Shown piece after piece: positions 12,285-24,168 of a DNA stretch of 64,000 nt. The position numbers and the translations under genes were made by a program. Within the stretch, counting starts at the first letter, position 1. Each line of letters begins with the position of its first letter. The notes under the pieces are model-generated. The model was not told the origin of the DNA and did no database searches. It worked only from the letters and a program-made list of their open reading frames with translations. The stretch is from Deltaproteobacteria bacterium (GTDB lineage Bacteria; Desulfobacterota_D; UBA1144; Nemesobacterales; UBA2774): the NCBI GenBank assembly GCA_029262275.1, contig JAJCZS010000032.1:5623-69622 (forward strand), in the 5' to 3' direction.

Positions 12285-13247
12285 TTGCAAATTTTCGGAG
12301 TATCAATATTGCCAACTAGCAAATCCTTGAAAGAGATAATTCAAAATTCCCATAAAGCGCTTCTAATTGGTATTGGAGGGGGAGGAGATATCGTGGGTAC
12401 CATCCCAACAGCAGATCTCCTAGGTATGTTTAATATAGAATGCATCTACGGTGGGCTTTCTTGGGAGCGCTCTGTTTTTGACCCAGTCCCCGGCCCTCGA
12501 GCATTTGAAGAGACTAAGAAAGTAAGAAAATGTAATGATGTTGTTTGGTATGCAAATAAAGATAGTGTAACCAGCACTGGTGTAAAGTTTGCGGAGTCCG
12601 GTTTTTCAGAAGTGTATGGGCAAGAGACGCTTCTTATAGGAATACATGGAGGATCTGAGGCTATAGCACAGGGAATATTAGATGTAGCCCAGAGAGAGGG
12701 GGCAGATTTAGTCATAGGAATAGATGTAGGGGGAGATGTTATTGCCAAGGGAAGTGAGCCCGGGCTTATGAGTCCTCTTGCTGATTCTATGATGCTAGCT
12801 GCTTTTGCTAAACTTGAGAATCATATTACATCACTTATAGGTCTTTTTGGATTTGGGAGCGACGGCGAGCTCACTCAAGGGGAGCTTGAGAGCTCAATGA
12901 GACTTTTACTAAAAGAGGGCGGTGTATTGGGCAGCTGGGGGATAACGCAGGATGCTCTTAGAAAGCTTGAAGAAGTAATAGCTGTGGTTCCAACTGAGGC
13001 AAGCCGGCTTCCAGTATTATATGCAAAAGGGGAATTTGAGGAAACAAAAATAAGAAGTGGTACCCGTAATGTTTCACTATCGGTGGCATCAACGGAAACT
13101 TTCTATTTTTCCCCCAGTGTTTTGTATAAAAACTCTAAATTGGCAAAGTGCGTATCTGAGTGTAAAAGTCTTGAGGAAGCTAACGACTGTCTGCATTGCA
13201 TTAATATTCACACAGAGCTTGATTTGGAAAGGGAAAAATTGAAATAA
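12285..13247 (+). CDS. hypothetical protein with GIGGGGD motif (DUF1152-like)
   Basis: LLIGIGGGGDIVGT near the N-terminus and a later GIDVGGD repeat. This resembles the archaeal/bacterial DUF1152 family as I recall it; the function is unknown. Confidence 0.45.
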   Translation: MQIFGVSILPTSKSLKEIIQNSHKALLIGIGGGGDIVGTIPTADLLGMFNIECIYGGLSWERSVFDPVPGPRAFEETKKVRKCNDVVWYANKDSVTSTGVKFAESGFSEVYGQETLLIGIHGGSEAIAQGILDVAQREGADLVIGIDVGGDVIAKGSEPGLMSPLADSMMLAAFAKLENHITSLIGLFGFGSDGELTQGELESSMRLLLKEGGVLGSWGITQDALRKLEEVIAVVPTEASRLPVLYAKGEFEETKIRSGTRNVSLSVASTETFYFSPSVLYKNSKLAKCVSECKSLEEANDCLHCINIHTELDLEREKLK

Positions 13248-13455
13248 AACGTGGTTATCAATTTAATTTTGTTCAATATATTATGCAAGCAGTTTTATTT
13301 GAAATAAAATAGACAAAAAGGCTCATTATTTACTTAAAGTAAAGGCTCTTTTCGCTCTATATGGAAATTGTGTCTTACTTAAGTTTGACACTCACATTTT
13401 ATCGTGTTAAATACTTACGATTTTTAAATACTATCCTGAAGGAATTCACTCTTAA

Positions 13456-14730
13456 ATGAGTATAGAAGAATCGGGACATTTCTCGGTAGAACAGTTCTTT
13501 TTAGCACTTGTCTGCATCCTTGTATTCTCCAAGATTTTCGGGGAGTTAGCAGAACGTATCAAGCAGCCTTCTGTGCTCGGCGAGCTTGTTGCGGGTGTTA
13601 TTTTAGGTGGAAGCGTGCTTGCTATCGTTCCCTCTGTATCTACTATGGCAGGTTATGATACCTTCCATCTTCTTGCAGAAGTAGGCGTTGCAATACTCTT
13701 GTTTGAAATCGGATTAGAAACTGACTTAAAAGATTTAATAAAGGTTGGCTTTACCTCTACATTAGTAGCAATTGTAGGTGTTGTGCTTCCTTTTGCCCTT
13801 GGTTTTGGGAGCATTATAGCATTTGAGCATATGGGGCTACTTGGAGGCTCAGATCCTAATTTGAATCTGCTTATTGCTATAACTGCTGGAGCTACCCTAA
13901 CTGCAACAAGTGTTGGTATAACTGCCAGAGTTCTCTCCGATATGAATAAATTGCAGAGCGGAGAGGCAAAGATTATTCTTGGCGCAGCAGTGATTGACGA
14001 TATCTTAGGGTTGATAATCCTTGGAGTTGTAAGTGGGCTTATTGAAGCCTCTGGAAGTGGTGATGGAGGCGGTGTTTCAACTCTAGGAGTGGGCATTATA
14101 GTTGTAAAAGCTTTTGGTTTTCTTATTGTAGCAATACTTATTGGAAACTTAATATCTAAAAAGCTCTTTAATCTTGTTGACATGATGCGGGTTAGGGGAG
14201 TTCTTCTTTTAAGTGCACTTTCTTTTGCATTTATCTTTGCTTTTCTGGCAAGTCTGGTAGGATTAGCACCTATTGTTGGTGCATTTGCGGCAGGATTAGT
14301 TCTGGCTAATACCAATCAATTCAAGGCGATTGAGCACAATTTAAAACCTGTTTCGGATTTCTTTACCCCGATATTCTTTATAATGGTTGGTGCTGCAGTA
14401 GATGTATCTGTGTTTAATCCGTTTGTCAGTGAAAATATACCGATATTATTAATTGCACTAATACTGTTTGTTGTTGCTGTAATCGGTAAGTTTGTAGCTG
14501 GATTTGCTATATTTAAGAAGGGAATAAACAGAGCTGTGGTAGGTGTGGGTATGATACCCAGGGGCGAGGTTGGGCTTATTTTTGCCCAGGTTGGTTTGAC
14601 CTATGGCGTGTTTAATTCCCAGTTGTTTTCTGCTGTGACAGTGATGGTAATGTTAACAACATTTATAGCACCTCCACTACTGAAAATAATGTTTTCTAAA
14701 GGCGATGACACAGCGGAAGACTCTGCTTAG
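13456..14730 (+). CDS. cation:proton antiporter (CPA family, Kef/NhaP-like)
   Basis: Polytopic membrane protein of 424 aa with the typical Na+/H+ exchanger fold signature (GAAVIDDILGLIILG). Confidence 0.8.
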   Translation: MSIEESGHFSVEQFFLALVCILVFSKIFGELAERIKQPSVLGELVAGVILGGSVLAIVPSVSTMAGYDTFHLLAEVGVAILLFEIGLETDLKDLIKVGFTSTLVAIVGVVLPFALGFGSIIAFEHMGLLGGSDPNLNLLIAITAGATLTATSVGITARVLSDMNKLQSGEAKIILGAAVIDDILGLIILGVVSGLIEASGSGDGGGVSTLGVGIIVVKAFGFLIVAILIGNLISKKLFNLVDMMRVRGVLLLSALSFAFIFAFLASLVGLAPIVGAFAAGLVLANTNQFKAIEHNLKPVSDFFTPIFFIMVGAAVDVSVFNPFVSENIPILLIALILFVVAVIGKFVAGFAIFKKGINRAVVGVGMIPRGEVGLIFAQVGLTYGVFNSQLFSAVTVMVMLTTFIAPPLLKIMFSKGDDTAEDSA

Positions 14731-14751
14731 GAATATTAAGGAGATAGAAAA

Positions 14752-15270
14752 ATGTACTTTTCACAACTAAGAAATTTTATCTTATGCTTCTCACTGCTTT
14801 CTCTTATTACAAGCAGTGCTTACGCTGCCTCGGGTGATTTGCTCAGTGTTAACTACACAGTATTTATACAGATAGTAATATTTCTTATAGCTATATACAT
14901 ACTCAATAAACTTGTTTTCAAACCATTTATAAACCTTGTAGATAGAAGAGACATGCTTACAAGAGGAGCAATTGAAGAAGCTCATGAACTTGAAGATAAA
15001 GTCAAAGCCCTTATCGAAGAGTACGATGTGAAGTTAAATGAGGCTAGAGCATTTGCTGTTGAAGAGCGCAACAAATTAATCCAGGAAGGCCAGAGCGTCG
15101 CCCAAGAAATTATTGGGGAGGCCCGCAATGAAACTGGAGCTCTTTTGGATGAGGCAAAGGTAAAACTTGAGGCTGACACTAAAGAGATCAAAGACAAGCT
15201 TAAAAATGATATAGATGGATTAGCAACAGATATAGCTTCAAAAGTTATGGGCAAGGAGGTAAGAAACTGA
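14752..15270 (+). CDS. F-type ATP synthase Fo subunit b'
   Basis: A single N-terminal transmembrane segment plus a long charged helix. It is the first of two b-type genes directly upstream of atpH. Confidence 0.75.
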   Translation: MYFSQLRNFILCFSLLSLITSSAYAASGDLLSVNYTVFIQIVIFLIAIYILNKLVFKPFINLVDRRDMLTRGAIEEAHELEDKVKALIEEYDVKLNEARAFAVEERNKLIQEGQSVAQEIIGEARNETGALLDEAKVKLEADTKEIKDKLKNDIDGLATDIASKVMGKEVRN

Positions 15271-15824
15271 TGGATCAAGAAATTATAAACCTGCTACTTA
15301 CAAACGCCTCTGAGGGTGGCAATACTTTTAATTGGAGTTATGTTTTTAGACACTCAGTGAATCTGGCTATCCTTCTTGGAGTTCTAGTTTATTTTCTAAA
15401 AGATTCCGTAAGAAACTTCTTGGTTGAAAGAAAAGGATCTATAAGCAGTGAAATAGATCATGCCCAAAATACTATTAAAGAGGCTAAAAGCAAGTATGAA
15501 GAGTATGCAGAAAAATTAAAGGGTATTGAAGCAGAAATTAACAACATTAAAGAGAGCATTGTTAAACAGGGTCAGGCAGAGAAAGAAGAGATTCTAAAAC
15601 AGGCCAGCATAGCATCTGAGAATATTAAAAAAGAAGCTCAGGAAACAATCAAGTTTGAGACTGAAAGGGCTAAACAAGAGATACAGTCGGAAGTTGTTAC
15701 GCTCGCGCTGAGCATCGCTGAGAAAATAATAAAAGAGAATTTGACCGATTCTGACAGACAAAAATTTATTCAGGACTTTACTAATAACGTAGGGGATGAG
15801 AAATGGCATCAATCGCAACACTAA
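15270..15824 (+). CDS. atpF: F-type ATP synthase Fo subunit b
   Basis: A second b-type protein (transmembrane segment then coiled coil), translationally coupled to the upstream gene (ATGA overlap). Confidence 0.8.
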   Translation: MDQEIINLLLTNASEGGNTFNWSYVFRHSVNLAILLGVLVYFLKDSVRNFLVERKGSISSEIDHAQNTIKEAKSKYEEYAEKLKGIEAEINNIKESIVKQGQAEKEEILKQASIASENIKKEAQETIKFETERAKQEIQSEVVTLALSIAEKIIKENLTDSDRQKFIQDFTNNVGDEKWHQSQH

Positions 15825-16345
15825 GAGACCTCTCCGAGGCACTCATAGAAAGTGCTAAAGAAGAGAACAAGCTTGATAAGATAACTTCTGATATAGAGGA
15901 TTTTTTCTCAATTCTCTCACAAAGCCCAGAGGTGAAAAATGTACTCTCAAGCTCAACTTTTGAGTTGACGGAAAGAGAGGCTGTGAGCAGAGATATAAGC
16001 TCTAAAAGGGGATATGACAGTCTTACCGCCAATTTTCTAAGCGTGGTTTTAGAGTTAGGCAAGTTTAAAGCGCTCTTGAATTCTGAGCAGATTGTTGTAC
16101 AAAAATTAAGAAAAGCTTCTGGAAAGATTAGAGCTGAAATAACAATGAGTACAAGTCCTTCAGAGGAAGATTTGAACAAGCTAAAGGCAAAGTTGACCCA
16201 AGTTATGGGGCAGGAAGTTGAAGTTACTTCAAAGGTTGATCCGGAGATAATAGGTGGAATTATAGCAAAAGTTGAAGATAAGGTGTTCGATGGTAGTATT
16301 AGAACCCAACTTGAGAGAATAAGAGGTGTCCTCTCTCAGTCCTAA
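15803..16345 (+). CDS. atpH: F-type ATP synthase F1 subunit delta (OSCP)
   Basis: 180-aa OSCP-like protein between the b and alpha subunit genes. Confidence 0.85.
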   Translation: MASIATLRDLSEALIESAKEENKLDKITSDIEDFFSILSQSPEVKNVLSSSTFELTEREAVSRDISSKRGYDSLTANFLSVVLELGKFKALLNSEQIVVQKLRKASGKIRAEITMSTSPSEEDLNKLKAKLTQVMGQEVEVTSKVDPEIIGGIIAKVEDKVFDGSIRTQLERIRGVLSQS

Positions 16346-16398
16346 GCAGTGAAAATTTGAAAAAGTATGAGTTTATAAAGTTATAAGGAGTCTATACA

Positions 16399-17916
16399 AT
16401 GCAGGAAATGAAGATTGAAGAAATTGGCGAAATACTAAGAAATAGAATAAAAGGCTACGATACCAAGGTTGAGACCTCGGAAGTCGGAACTGTTATCTCT
16501 GTTGGTGACGGTATTGCTAGAGCATACGGTCTTGATCAGGCTATGGCCGGTGAGCTCGTAGAGTTCAAGAGCGGTATTATGGGGCTCGTACTAAACCTTG
16601 AAGAGGATAACGTAGGTATAGCACTCTTTGGTGAGGACACCGAAGTTCAAGAGGGCGATATTGTCAAACGTACTGGAAGAATTGCTGAGGTTCCAGTAGG
16701 TGAGAATATGAAGGGAAGAGTTGTAAATGCCCTAGGACAGCCGATTGATGGTAAAGGTGATATCCAGAGTGATGATACTAAACCGATAGAGGTTAAAGCT
16801 CCTGGCGTTGTTTACAGACAATCCGTTAGCGAACCACTTCAGACCGGAATCAAATCAATTGATGCTATGATTCCAATAGGTAGAGGACAAAGAGAATTAA
16901 TATTAGGTGATCGTCAGATCGGAAAGACGGCGATTGCTATCGATACGATAATCAACCAAAAAGATGAAGATGTATATTGCATATATGTAGCAATAGGACA
17001 AAAACAGTCAACAGTAGCCCAGGTTATGGACAAGTTGAAAGAACATGGCGCTATGGAATATACGACTATTGTTGCAGCTACTGCAAGTGACCCAGCACCA
17101 TTTCAGTTTATTGCTCCTTATACAGGTTGCGCTCTGGGAGAACATTTCAGAGATACTGGAAAACACGCGCTTGTTATCTATGATGACTTAACAAAGCATG
17201 CATGGGCATATCGTCAGCTATCATTGCTTCTTAGAAGACCTCCAGGACGTGAGGCTTATCCTGGTGATGTTTTCTATCTCCACTCCAGACTGCTTGAGCG
17301 TGCTGCAAAGATGAGAGATGAAGACGGCGGTGGATCATTAACAGCACTTCCTATCATTGAAACTCAGGCTGGTGACGTTTCAGCATACATTCCGACAAAC
17401 GTAATCTCGATCACTGATGGTCAGATCTATCTTGAGAGTGATCTTTTCTACTCAGGTATTAGACCTGCTATTAACGTAGGACTCTCAGTATCAAGGGTAG
17501 GTGGTTCAGCTCAGATTAAGGCTATGAAAAACGTGGCTGGAACCCTGAGATTGGAATTAGCTCAGTACAGAGAGGTTGAAGCATTTTCACAGTTTGCTTC
17601 TGACTTGGATAAAGCAACACAGGCTCAGCTAGCACGTGGTAGCAGACTTGTTGAAGCTCTAAAACAGGGTCAGTACGAGCCGCTTGCGGTTGAAAAGCAG
17701 ATTCTAATTATCTATGCAGTTACAAATGGGTTTGTCGATGATTATCCAGTTGATTCGGTAAGCAAATACGAAAAAGAACTCTACTCTTTCTTTGATTCTA
17801 GCCATTCTAATTTATTAGACGAAATCAGAACAAAGAAAGTAATTTCTGATGAACTTGAAGATAGTGTGAAAAATGCTCTTTCAGAACTTAAAAATCAATT
17901 AGGAGATTTATCATAA
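16399..17916 (+). CDS. atpA: F-type ATP synthase F1 subunit alpha
   Basis: Walker A GDRQIGKT and the signature [43 protein letters not shown]. Confidence 0.97.
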   Translation: MQEMKIEEIGEILRNRIKGYDTKVETSEVGTVISVGDGIARAYGLDQAMAGELVEFKSGIMGLVLNLEEDNVGIALFGEDTEVQEGDIVKRTGRIAEVPVGENMKGRVVNALGQPIDGKGDIQSDDTKPIEVKAPGVVYRQSVSEPLQTGIKSIDAMIPIGRGQRELILGDRQIGKTAIAIDTIINQKDEDVYCIYVAIGQKQSTVAQVMDKLKEHGAMEYTTIVAATASDPAPFQFIAPYTGCALGEHFRDTGKHALVIYDDLTKHAWAYRQLSLLLRRPPGREAYPGDVFYLHSRLLERAAKMRDEDGGGSLTALPIIETQAGDVSAYIPTNVISITDGQIYLESDLFYSGIRPAINVGLSVSRVGGSAQIKAMKNVAGTLRLELAQYREVEAFSQFASDLDKATQAQLARGSRLVEALKQGQYEPLAVEKQILIIYAVTNGFVDDYPVDSVSKYEKELYSFFDSSHSNLLDEIRTKKVISDELEDSVKNALSELKNQLGDLS

Positions 17917-17966
17917 TCAACTAGAGATTTTATCACTATACAAATTATCTCTAAACAATAAACATT

Positions 17967-20271
<2,305 letters not shown>

Positions 20272-20326
20272 TTAGAAATAAAGCAAGGGGCTTGCAAGCC
20301 CCTTGGTGAATTTAGGAGAAATAAAA

Positions 20327-20587
20327 TTGGCTGACGGTATACATCTAAAAGTTATTACACCAACCGAGCTTGTAGTGGATGAGCAGGTAGATGAAGTTGT
20401 AGCTCCTGGGGAGATTGGGGAGTTTGGAATACTGCCTGGCCATGTTCCATTCATCACTACACTCCACACAGGTGAGCTTAAGTACAAAAAAGGCAACTCT
20501 GAAACAAAATTAATTGTTGAAGGCGGGGTTGCGGATGTAAGAGATGATAATGTAAGTATCTTGACCGATAGTGTAAAAAGTCTCTAG
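20327..20587 (+). CDS. atpC: F-type ATP synthase F1 subunit epsilon, short form (beta-sandwich domain only)
   Basis: TTG at 20327 sits 8 nt after AGGAG; an alternative TTG lies at 20303. The protein aligns with the epsilon N-terminal domain up to NVSILTDSVKSL and then stops, with stop codons in all frames downstream. Confidence 0.8.
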   Translation: MADGIHLKVITPTELVVDEQVDEVVAPGEIGEFGILPGHVPFITTLHTGELKYKKGNSETKLIVEGGVADVRDDNVSILTDSVKSL

Positions 20588-20696
20588 TATAATAAACACC
20601 CTTAGTGGTTTTCTTATAAGTTTTACTCCATTTACAACCAAACATTTCCTAATATAATAAAGTAATAGTAATCCCATACTCCGATGGAGAGATCTA

Positions 20697-21494
20697 ATGG
20701 CGCTAGCGAAAGAAAATTCTGAACCCCTAGTTATACGTAATGATGAGAATGGCATATCTAATCTCATACTAAATAGACCGAAGTCCTATAATGCCTTATC
20801 AATTGGATGCATGGAAGCTTTAACGAATGAAATTAGAGCTATCTCAGAAGATCCATCTGTAAAGGTCATAGTCCTCTCTGGCTCTGGCAAAGGGTTTTGT
20901 GCAGGCCACGATCTAAAAGAAATGAGAGCTAATCCTGGACGGGAGTTTTATGAGAAGACTTTTCAAGTTTGTGCAGAGATGATGATGTCTATTATAAATT
21001 GCCCAAAACCTGTTATCGCAAAGGTACATGGTATAGCAACAGCTGCAGGTTGCCAACTGGTAGCCACATGTGATCTGGCTGTGGCTGAGGAGAGTGCTAG
21101 GTTTGCCACTCCTGGGGTGAATATAGGGCTTTTCTGCTCAACTCCTATGGTTGCGCTATCTCGCAATGTAACAAGAAAGCATGCTATGGAAATGTTGTTA
21201 ACGGGTGATTTTATCTCAGCCGAGAGAGCATTCGAGATTGGTTTGATAAACCGCGCAGTTCCACAAGCTGAGTTAGATAATTCTGCTTTGGAATTTGCCA
21301 ACAAGATTGCTTCCAAATCACCACTAACTCTTAAAATAGGTAAAAATGCTTTCTATGAGCAACTAGATAAAGATTTAACTAATGCTTATGGGTACTGCAG
21401 CAAAGTTATGGTCGACAATATGATGGCCCGTGATGCAGAAGAAGGCATCGATGCCTTCTTAGAAAAAAGAGACCCTATCTGGCAAGGTAAATAA
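20697..21494 (+). CDS. enoyl-CoA hydratase/isomerase (crotonase) family protein
   Basis: Crotonase fold signatures (VIVLSGSGKGFCAGHDLKEM; oxyanion-hole region ATAAGCQL). Confidence 0.85.
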   Translation: MALAKENSEPLVIRNDENGISNLILNRPKSYNALSIGCMEALTNEIRAISEDPSVKVIVLSGSGKGFCAGHDLKEMRANPGREFYEKTFQVCAEMMMSIINCPKPVIAKVHGIATAAGCQLVATCDLAVAEESARFATPGVNIGLFCSTPMVALSRNVTRKHAMEMLLTGDFISAERAFEIGLINRAVPQAELDNSALEFANKIASKSPLTLKIGKNAFYEQLDKDLTNAYGYCSKVMVDNMMARDAEEGIDAFLEKRDPIWQGK

Positions 21495-22260
21495 TTATCC
21501 TTAATTATTTTTTCTTATCATTAATTGCTACTTTCTTGGTACTATGTGTGTCTTATGCTCAAGATGAGAAGTTGTCTCTTCCGTCTCTTCTTGGGGAAAA
21601 TAGAATTCTTGTTATAGGGGAGTCCTATGGTCAGCCTGAATCAACCCGGTTTTTATCAGAGAAGGTCCAAAAATATATTGATGGTGGAGCATGTCTAAAG
21701 ATAGGTCTTGAAATACCCTCGGATCAACAGGAGATATTGGACCGTGCAATGAGAGGCGAAGTCTCAATGTCTGATGTCCAGATTGATAATGTCATAGATC
21801 ATGATCACTACAGAGAGATGATGGTTGGTTTCAGTGAGTCTATGTTGGCGGGGAAATGTTTGTCGGTTTATGCGATTCATCCACCAAACTCTGTGTCTAC
21901 GACTAAAGATCTCTGGATGGAGCAAGAGGTTTAAAGATTGTAGATGATAATCCGGTTGTACTGCTCGTAGGAAACAAGCATGCTGTAAAGGATTTCAATT
22001 CAACTAACACCGAATCGAGAGAACTTTTAATCCAGCGCCTGCATGCAAGAGGTTTAGGGGTAGCTTCAGTGCTTCAATATTGGAAGCCAGGTATGTGTGC
22101 AACTAAAACTGTAAGTATGTACAACACTACTAGTGATAAGGAATCGAGGATTTACGTCAAAGAAGTTATAGGAGAAATAAATGCTTCGATGCCTGAGAAG
22201 GTCTCAATGATTACTGACGGAGTAGTTGTATGGGGTTGTAAGGAAGCAACAGTTTATTGA
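21491..22260 (+). pseudogene. secreted protein gene (possible ChaN/TraB/Tiki-like) disrupted by a frameshift and lacking a canonical start
   Basis: A frame-2 ORF runs to 21934 and a frame-1 ORF is open from 21907 to 22260, overlapping by 28 nt; both translate to plausible protein. The N-terminal hydrophobic signal-like segment (IIILNYFFLSLIATFLVLCVSYA) has only ATA/ATT/TTG upstream of it. Confidence 0.5.
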
Positions 22261-22280
22261 TACTAAATTAAAATAAAAAA

Positions 22281-22310
22281 CCGGGAAGCTTTAATAAGCT
22301 CTCCCGGTTT
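22281..22310. terminator. bidirectional rho-independent terminator between convergent genes
   Basis: An A-run, then the CCGGGAAG...CTCCCGG hairpin, then TTT. It lies between the disrupted gene (+) and rplS (-). Confidence 0.6.
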
Positions 22311-22346
22311 AGTTGATTTGCAAAATTATATTTTTTACAGGTGTTT

Positions 22347-22835
22347 TTAACTTTCGCTTGTAGTCGTTTCTTCTTGAACTTCTGGCTTAGTAGCTTGTTC
22401 AACTACTTCTGGCTCAATTTCAGGTTCCTTCTCCGGAACAGTGTTTATTGTCTCCGTAGGGAGGTTGGCTTTGGATGCAATTTGTTCAAGCCTTGATCTC
22501 TCTTTGATTCTACTAGCTTTCTTGGAAAGACCTCTTAAGTAGTAGAGTTTTGCTCTTCTTACTTTTCCTTGTCTCTTAACTTCTATTTTATCAATTAGTG
22601 GGGAATGAAGAGGAAATATTCTCTCTACTCCTACACCGTAAGAAACTTTTCTAACGATAAAAGTCTCACGAGACCCGCCGCCTTTTTTGGCAATAACCAC
22701 ACCTTCAAAAACCTGAACCCTTTCCCTTTCACCCTCTTTAATTTTGTAATGTACTGCTACAGTGTCGCCAGGGCGAAAATCAGGAAGGTCTCCTCTCATC
22801 ATAGTTTGTTCTATTTCATTAACGATATTCATCAT
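22347..22835 (-). CDS. rplS: 50S ribosomal protein L19 with ~45-aa acidic Pro/Glu-rich C-terminal extension
   Basis: L19 core ([35 protein letters not shown]...) followed by the low-complexity tail [29 protein letters not shown]. Confidence 0.9.
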   Translation of the reverse strand: MMNIVNEIEQTMMRGDLPDFRPGDTVAVHYKIKEGERERVQVFEGVVIAKKGGGSRETFIVRKVSYGVGVERIFPLHSPLIDKIEVKRQGKVRRAKLYYLRGLSKKASRIKERSRLEQIASKANLPTETINTVPEKEPEIEPEVVEQATKPEVQEETTTSES

Positions 22836-22847
22836 AAATCTCCTATT

Positions 22848-24149
22848 TCATATTTTACATGAAAATAATCTATCTAAAATTACTGCGGCTGCACTACGTA
22901 CAGAGAGATGGTTGTAATTTGTGTAACCACTAACAGGTTTTAAAGTGTAATCTGCGCTCTCCATAATCTCTCGTGCTAAGCCCCAACCCGTACCAAGTAG
23001 AATTAAATAAGGTTTTTTTGCTTCTGAAAAAATTAATTCTCTTAGTTCCGAAAACCCTATCATGTTGTCTACAGATCTTGCATCGGTAACTATTGTTACA
23101 GGCTTTTCTCCCTCTACTTCTTCAATCTCCTCTACTACATCTTCTAGAGTATTTCTTAATTCTACAAGATTAAGCGCTTCCGATCTTGATTTGTTAAACG
23201 ATGCGCCTTCACCCTGTGTCCAATGTGTAAGTACTCGATTTACCAGCTTTTGCTGCTCTAGATTAGGCTGAACGAGATAGAATGTCTTAACCCCGTATGT
23301 TACTGCCGATCTAGCTATATCGTGTACATCCAAATTAGTAAACGCTGTATTAATAATTTTAAACCGATTATTGTATACGGGATAATGGATTAATGCAATA
23401 TATGCTTTAAAAGAAGGCGAGCTTGTTTCTTTGAGCTCTTTTATTAGTTCTATCTCATCAGTGCTTAGTATTGCCTTGTCTAGTAAATCAGGTCTTTTTG
23501 TAAAGGTCCTTTTAATACTCTCTTTTTTTCTCCATTCATCAATTTCTTTATGATTACCGGATAGAAGAACTTGGGGAACTTTCTCTCCCTTAAATTCTTC
23601 AGGTCTTGTGTACTGCGGATATTCTAATAAGCTCTGGTTAAAGGAATCATTTTCAGGGGATAGATCGTTTCCTAATACTCCGGGAATGAATCTTGAGACG
23701 CTCTCTACTATCACAGAGGCTGCGTTCTCTCCTCCAGACAGTACATAGTCACCGATTGATATTTCCCTATCAACATACATCTCTCTTATTCTCTCATCCA
23801 CGCCTTCATATCTTCCACAGATAATAACAATCTGATCGAAACCAGCCAATTCTCTTGCTGTTTTATCAGAGAATTTCTCGCCGTCCGGTGTTGTTAATAC
23901 TACTATTGATTTACCACTTTCATCCTTTACATCTTCTACCGCGGATCCTATAGGGTCTATCTTCATCAACATTCCCCCACCTCCGCCGTAAGGGGTGTCA
24001 TCAACAGTTTTGTGCTTGTCGCTGCTATATTCTCTAATGTCGTGAGTTTTAATATCTATAAGACCATTATCCTGGGCCTTCTTAAATATTCCAAAGGAGA
24101 ATGGTGATTCAAAGAATTCAGGGAATATGGTTAGAATGTCGTATCTCAT
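22848..24149 (-). CDS. trmD: tRNA (guanine37-N1)-methyltransferase TrmD fused to a second C-terminal SPOUT (SpoU-like) methyltransferase domain
   Basis: TrmD domain (MRYDILTIFPEFF...GRYEGVDERI...SIGDYVLSGGE) of ~245 aa, then ~190 aa carrying SpoU-like motifs (NLDVHDIARSAVTYGV; LILLGTGWGL; NHLSVRSAAAVILDRL). The ORF is open to 24188; the likely start is ATG 24149. Confidence 0.85.
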   Translation of the reverse strand: MRYDILTIFPEFFESPFSFGIFKKAQDNGLIDIKTHDIREYSSDKHKTVDDTPYGGGGGMLMKIDPIGSAVEDVKDESGKSIVVLTTPDGEKFSDKTARELAGFDQIVIICGRYEGVDERIREMYVDREISIGDYVLSGGENAASVIVESVSRFIPGVLGNDLSPENDSFNQSLLEYPQYTRPEEFKGEKVPQVLLSGNHKEIDEWRKKESIKRTFTKRPDLLDKAILSTDEIELIKELKETSSPSFKAYIALIHYPVYNNRFKIINTAFTNLDVHDIARSAVTYGVKTFYLVQPNLEQQKLVNRVLTHWTQGEGASFNKSRSEALNLVELRNTLEDVVEEIEEVEGEKPVTIVTDARSVDNMIGFSELRELIFSEAKKPYLILLGTGWGLAREIMESADYTLKPVSGYTNYNHLSVRSAAAVILDRLFSCKI

Positions 24150-24168
24150 TATATTTATCTTCTTAGAT

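Noticed and set aside
13653-14315. 220-aa ORF antisense to the cation:proton antiporter gene
   Set aside because: It lies entirely inside a well-supported membrane-protein gene on the other strand. Its Pro/Ala/Thr-rich translation is typical of antisense reading of a hydrophobic gene.
22069-22260. 63-aa ORF called as an independent gene
   Set aside because: Its frame is open back to 21907 and continues the upstream disrupted gene, so it is the 3' half of a frameshifted gene and not a separate one.
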